Part shown: positions 62,859 to 64,000 of the stretch, in pieces
Layout: each line of letters begins with the position of its first letter
Numbering within the stretch: position 1 is the stretch's first letter
From: Podarcis gaigeae
Lineage: Eukaryota
Strand: one strand, 5' to 3'
Assembly: GCA_964106915.2 (NCBI GenBank)
Contig: OZ066916.1
Length of the DNA: 64,000 bases
The notes under the pieces: generated by a model
Databases searched by the model: none
The model's input: only the letters and a program-made list of their open reading frames with translations
Told to the model about the DNA's origin: nothing
Program-made: the position numbers and the translations under genes

Positions 62859-64000
62859 GGCCAGTGTTGTGGGGAGCCAGAGGTAAGGTGAGGTCACAGA
62901 CAAAGAATGGGTGGAGCAAAAGTTGCAACTCTTGCCTTTGCCACAGCCAATTTAAACCAGCAGTTTCTATACATGCACATCTCCAACCTTCGTCCAGAAA
63001 AGCAAGAGGCATTAACACAGTTCAGGAATACATCCCAGCTAAGCAGAAGCACTTAAAGAGGTTGTGGAGCAGGGTCAGGGCTAGAACCAACTTGTGCCAC
63101 TCCAATGGGTGAAGGCATTTCTAACGCAGTCTCAGACTACTGTAACTGTTGAAGTGTCTCCATAATAATGAAGCCTAAAGATCTGGCAATAAACCAGGGT
63201 GACAGAGCTAGAATGATTTTCATTTGTCTTGCAACCAAATTTCCAACTTCAAAGAAGCAAGCTTATTTATATTATAATATTTCACCATCAAAATTATTTC
63301 TCCTTCTTCTTTAGCAGAATGTGATCAACCTGATTTGACACCAAACCAAAGCAAACTAAGGCAAACATCCTCTGCATTACAGGGGTCAGTATTTTCTCTC
63401 TGTTTTCACAGTTTCAATATCTGGCCTCAAACAATCCGTATTATGCTCTCTGAACGGTTCGGGAATATTTGGATATGCACTTAAAACACAAGGAAACTGG
63501 TGTTCCATGAACACTTGGTCACCTTTCTTCTAAGTTTAGGATAATAAAATACTAACAATGCTACTGAATTACAATTGCTAAACTATTCCAAAAACCAGAA
63601 GGCCACTTTTTGCTTACAAACCAGTGCTAATATTTTGCTTCATTGTCAGCCTTTGTTCCCACAGTCAGCATAAATGGATTTCCCAGTGGTAAGTATTCTA
63701 ACTCTATGGTTCTCATAATTCATTTGGTTTGAATTATTGATAAGCTTTTTGGAAAAATGGAAAAGGGTCACACAGATAAGCCAATTCTTTGTTGGATAAA
63801 ACCCATAAATTATATATAAATATTGATATATCAGGACATAACACAAGTTTCTCCTACAGAATACATTTTGCTTTGTTTATGGAGATGGACAATATTCACA
63901 GCTGTAGTCATGGCAATCTACAACAAATCATGAGCATTCCATGGGCTGGTATGCAGCTGCAATATTAGCCAATCATTAACCATGGTTTTTCTTTTAGTCT

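Larger units (their letters stand above)
1..64000 (-). other. PTPRK: Internal portion of the PTPRK gene (introns 6-10 and exons 7-10 by human numbering); neither gene end is in the window
   Basis: Four minus-strand exons join in frame (phases 1-1, 1-1, 1-0, 0-1) into a continuous FN3-repeat peptide that I recognise as R2B-family PTPRK. Intron extents: 56016 to beyond 64000, 10065-55721, 4975-9761, 2913-4864, and 2710 to below 1. Confidence 0.95.

Overview
Vertebrate genomic DNA. It is almost certainly a squamate, probably a lacertid lizard, judged from a full-length Sauria SINE and the CR1/L2/Penelope/hAT repeat mix. The whole window lies inside one gene on the minus strand, receptor-type tyrosine phosphatase kappa (PTPRK). 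Four coding exons with canonical GT-AG ends are present: 55722-56015 (294 nt), 9762-10064 (303 nt), 4865-4974 (110 nt) and 2711-2912 (202 nt). They splice in frame and encode the first three extracellular fibronectin type III repeats (exons 7-10 in the human numbering, as I recall it). About 98.6% of the window is intronic, including one 45.7-kb intron with a 159-N assembly gap. The introns contain Tc1/mariner-pogo MITEs, hAT MITEs with readable 8-bp TSDs, Sauria and tRNA-derived SINEs, CR1, L2, Rex1-like and Penelope fragments, several nested insertions, microsatellites and some repeat-free blocks that may be enhancers. The other ORFs in the track are chance ORFs or TE remnants. I cannot demonstrate a new biological system here. 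The best leads are: (1) inverted MITE copies flanking a frame-symmetric exon (circRNA or in-frame skipping); (2) an exon starting AG|GTCAGT that rebuilds a 5' splice site; (3) a hAT MITE carrying a 27-bp palindromic minisatellite with NRF1-like cores; (4) Penelope ends with hammerhead-ribozyme-type cores, one beside the assembly gap; (5) a Pro-to-Ser change in the conserved FN3 PNG motif.
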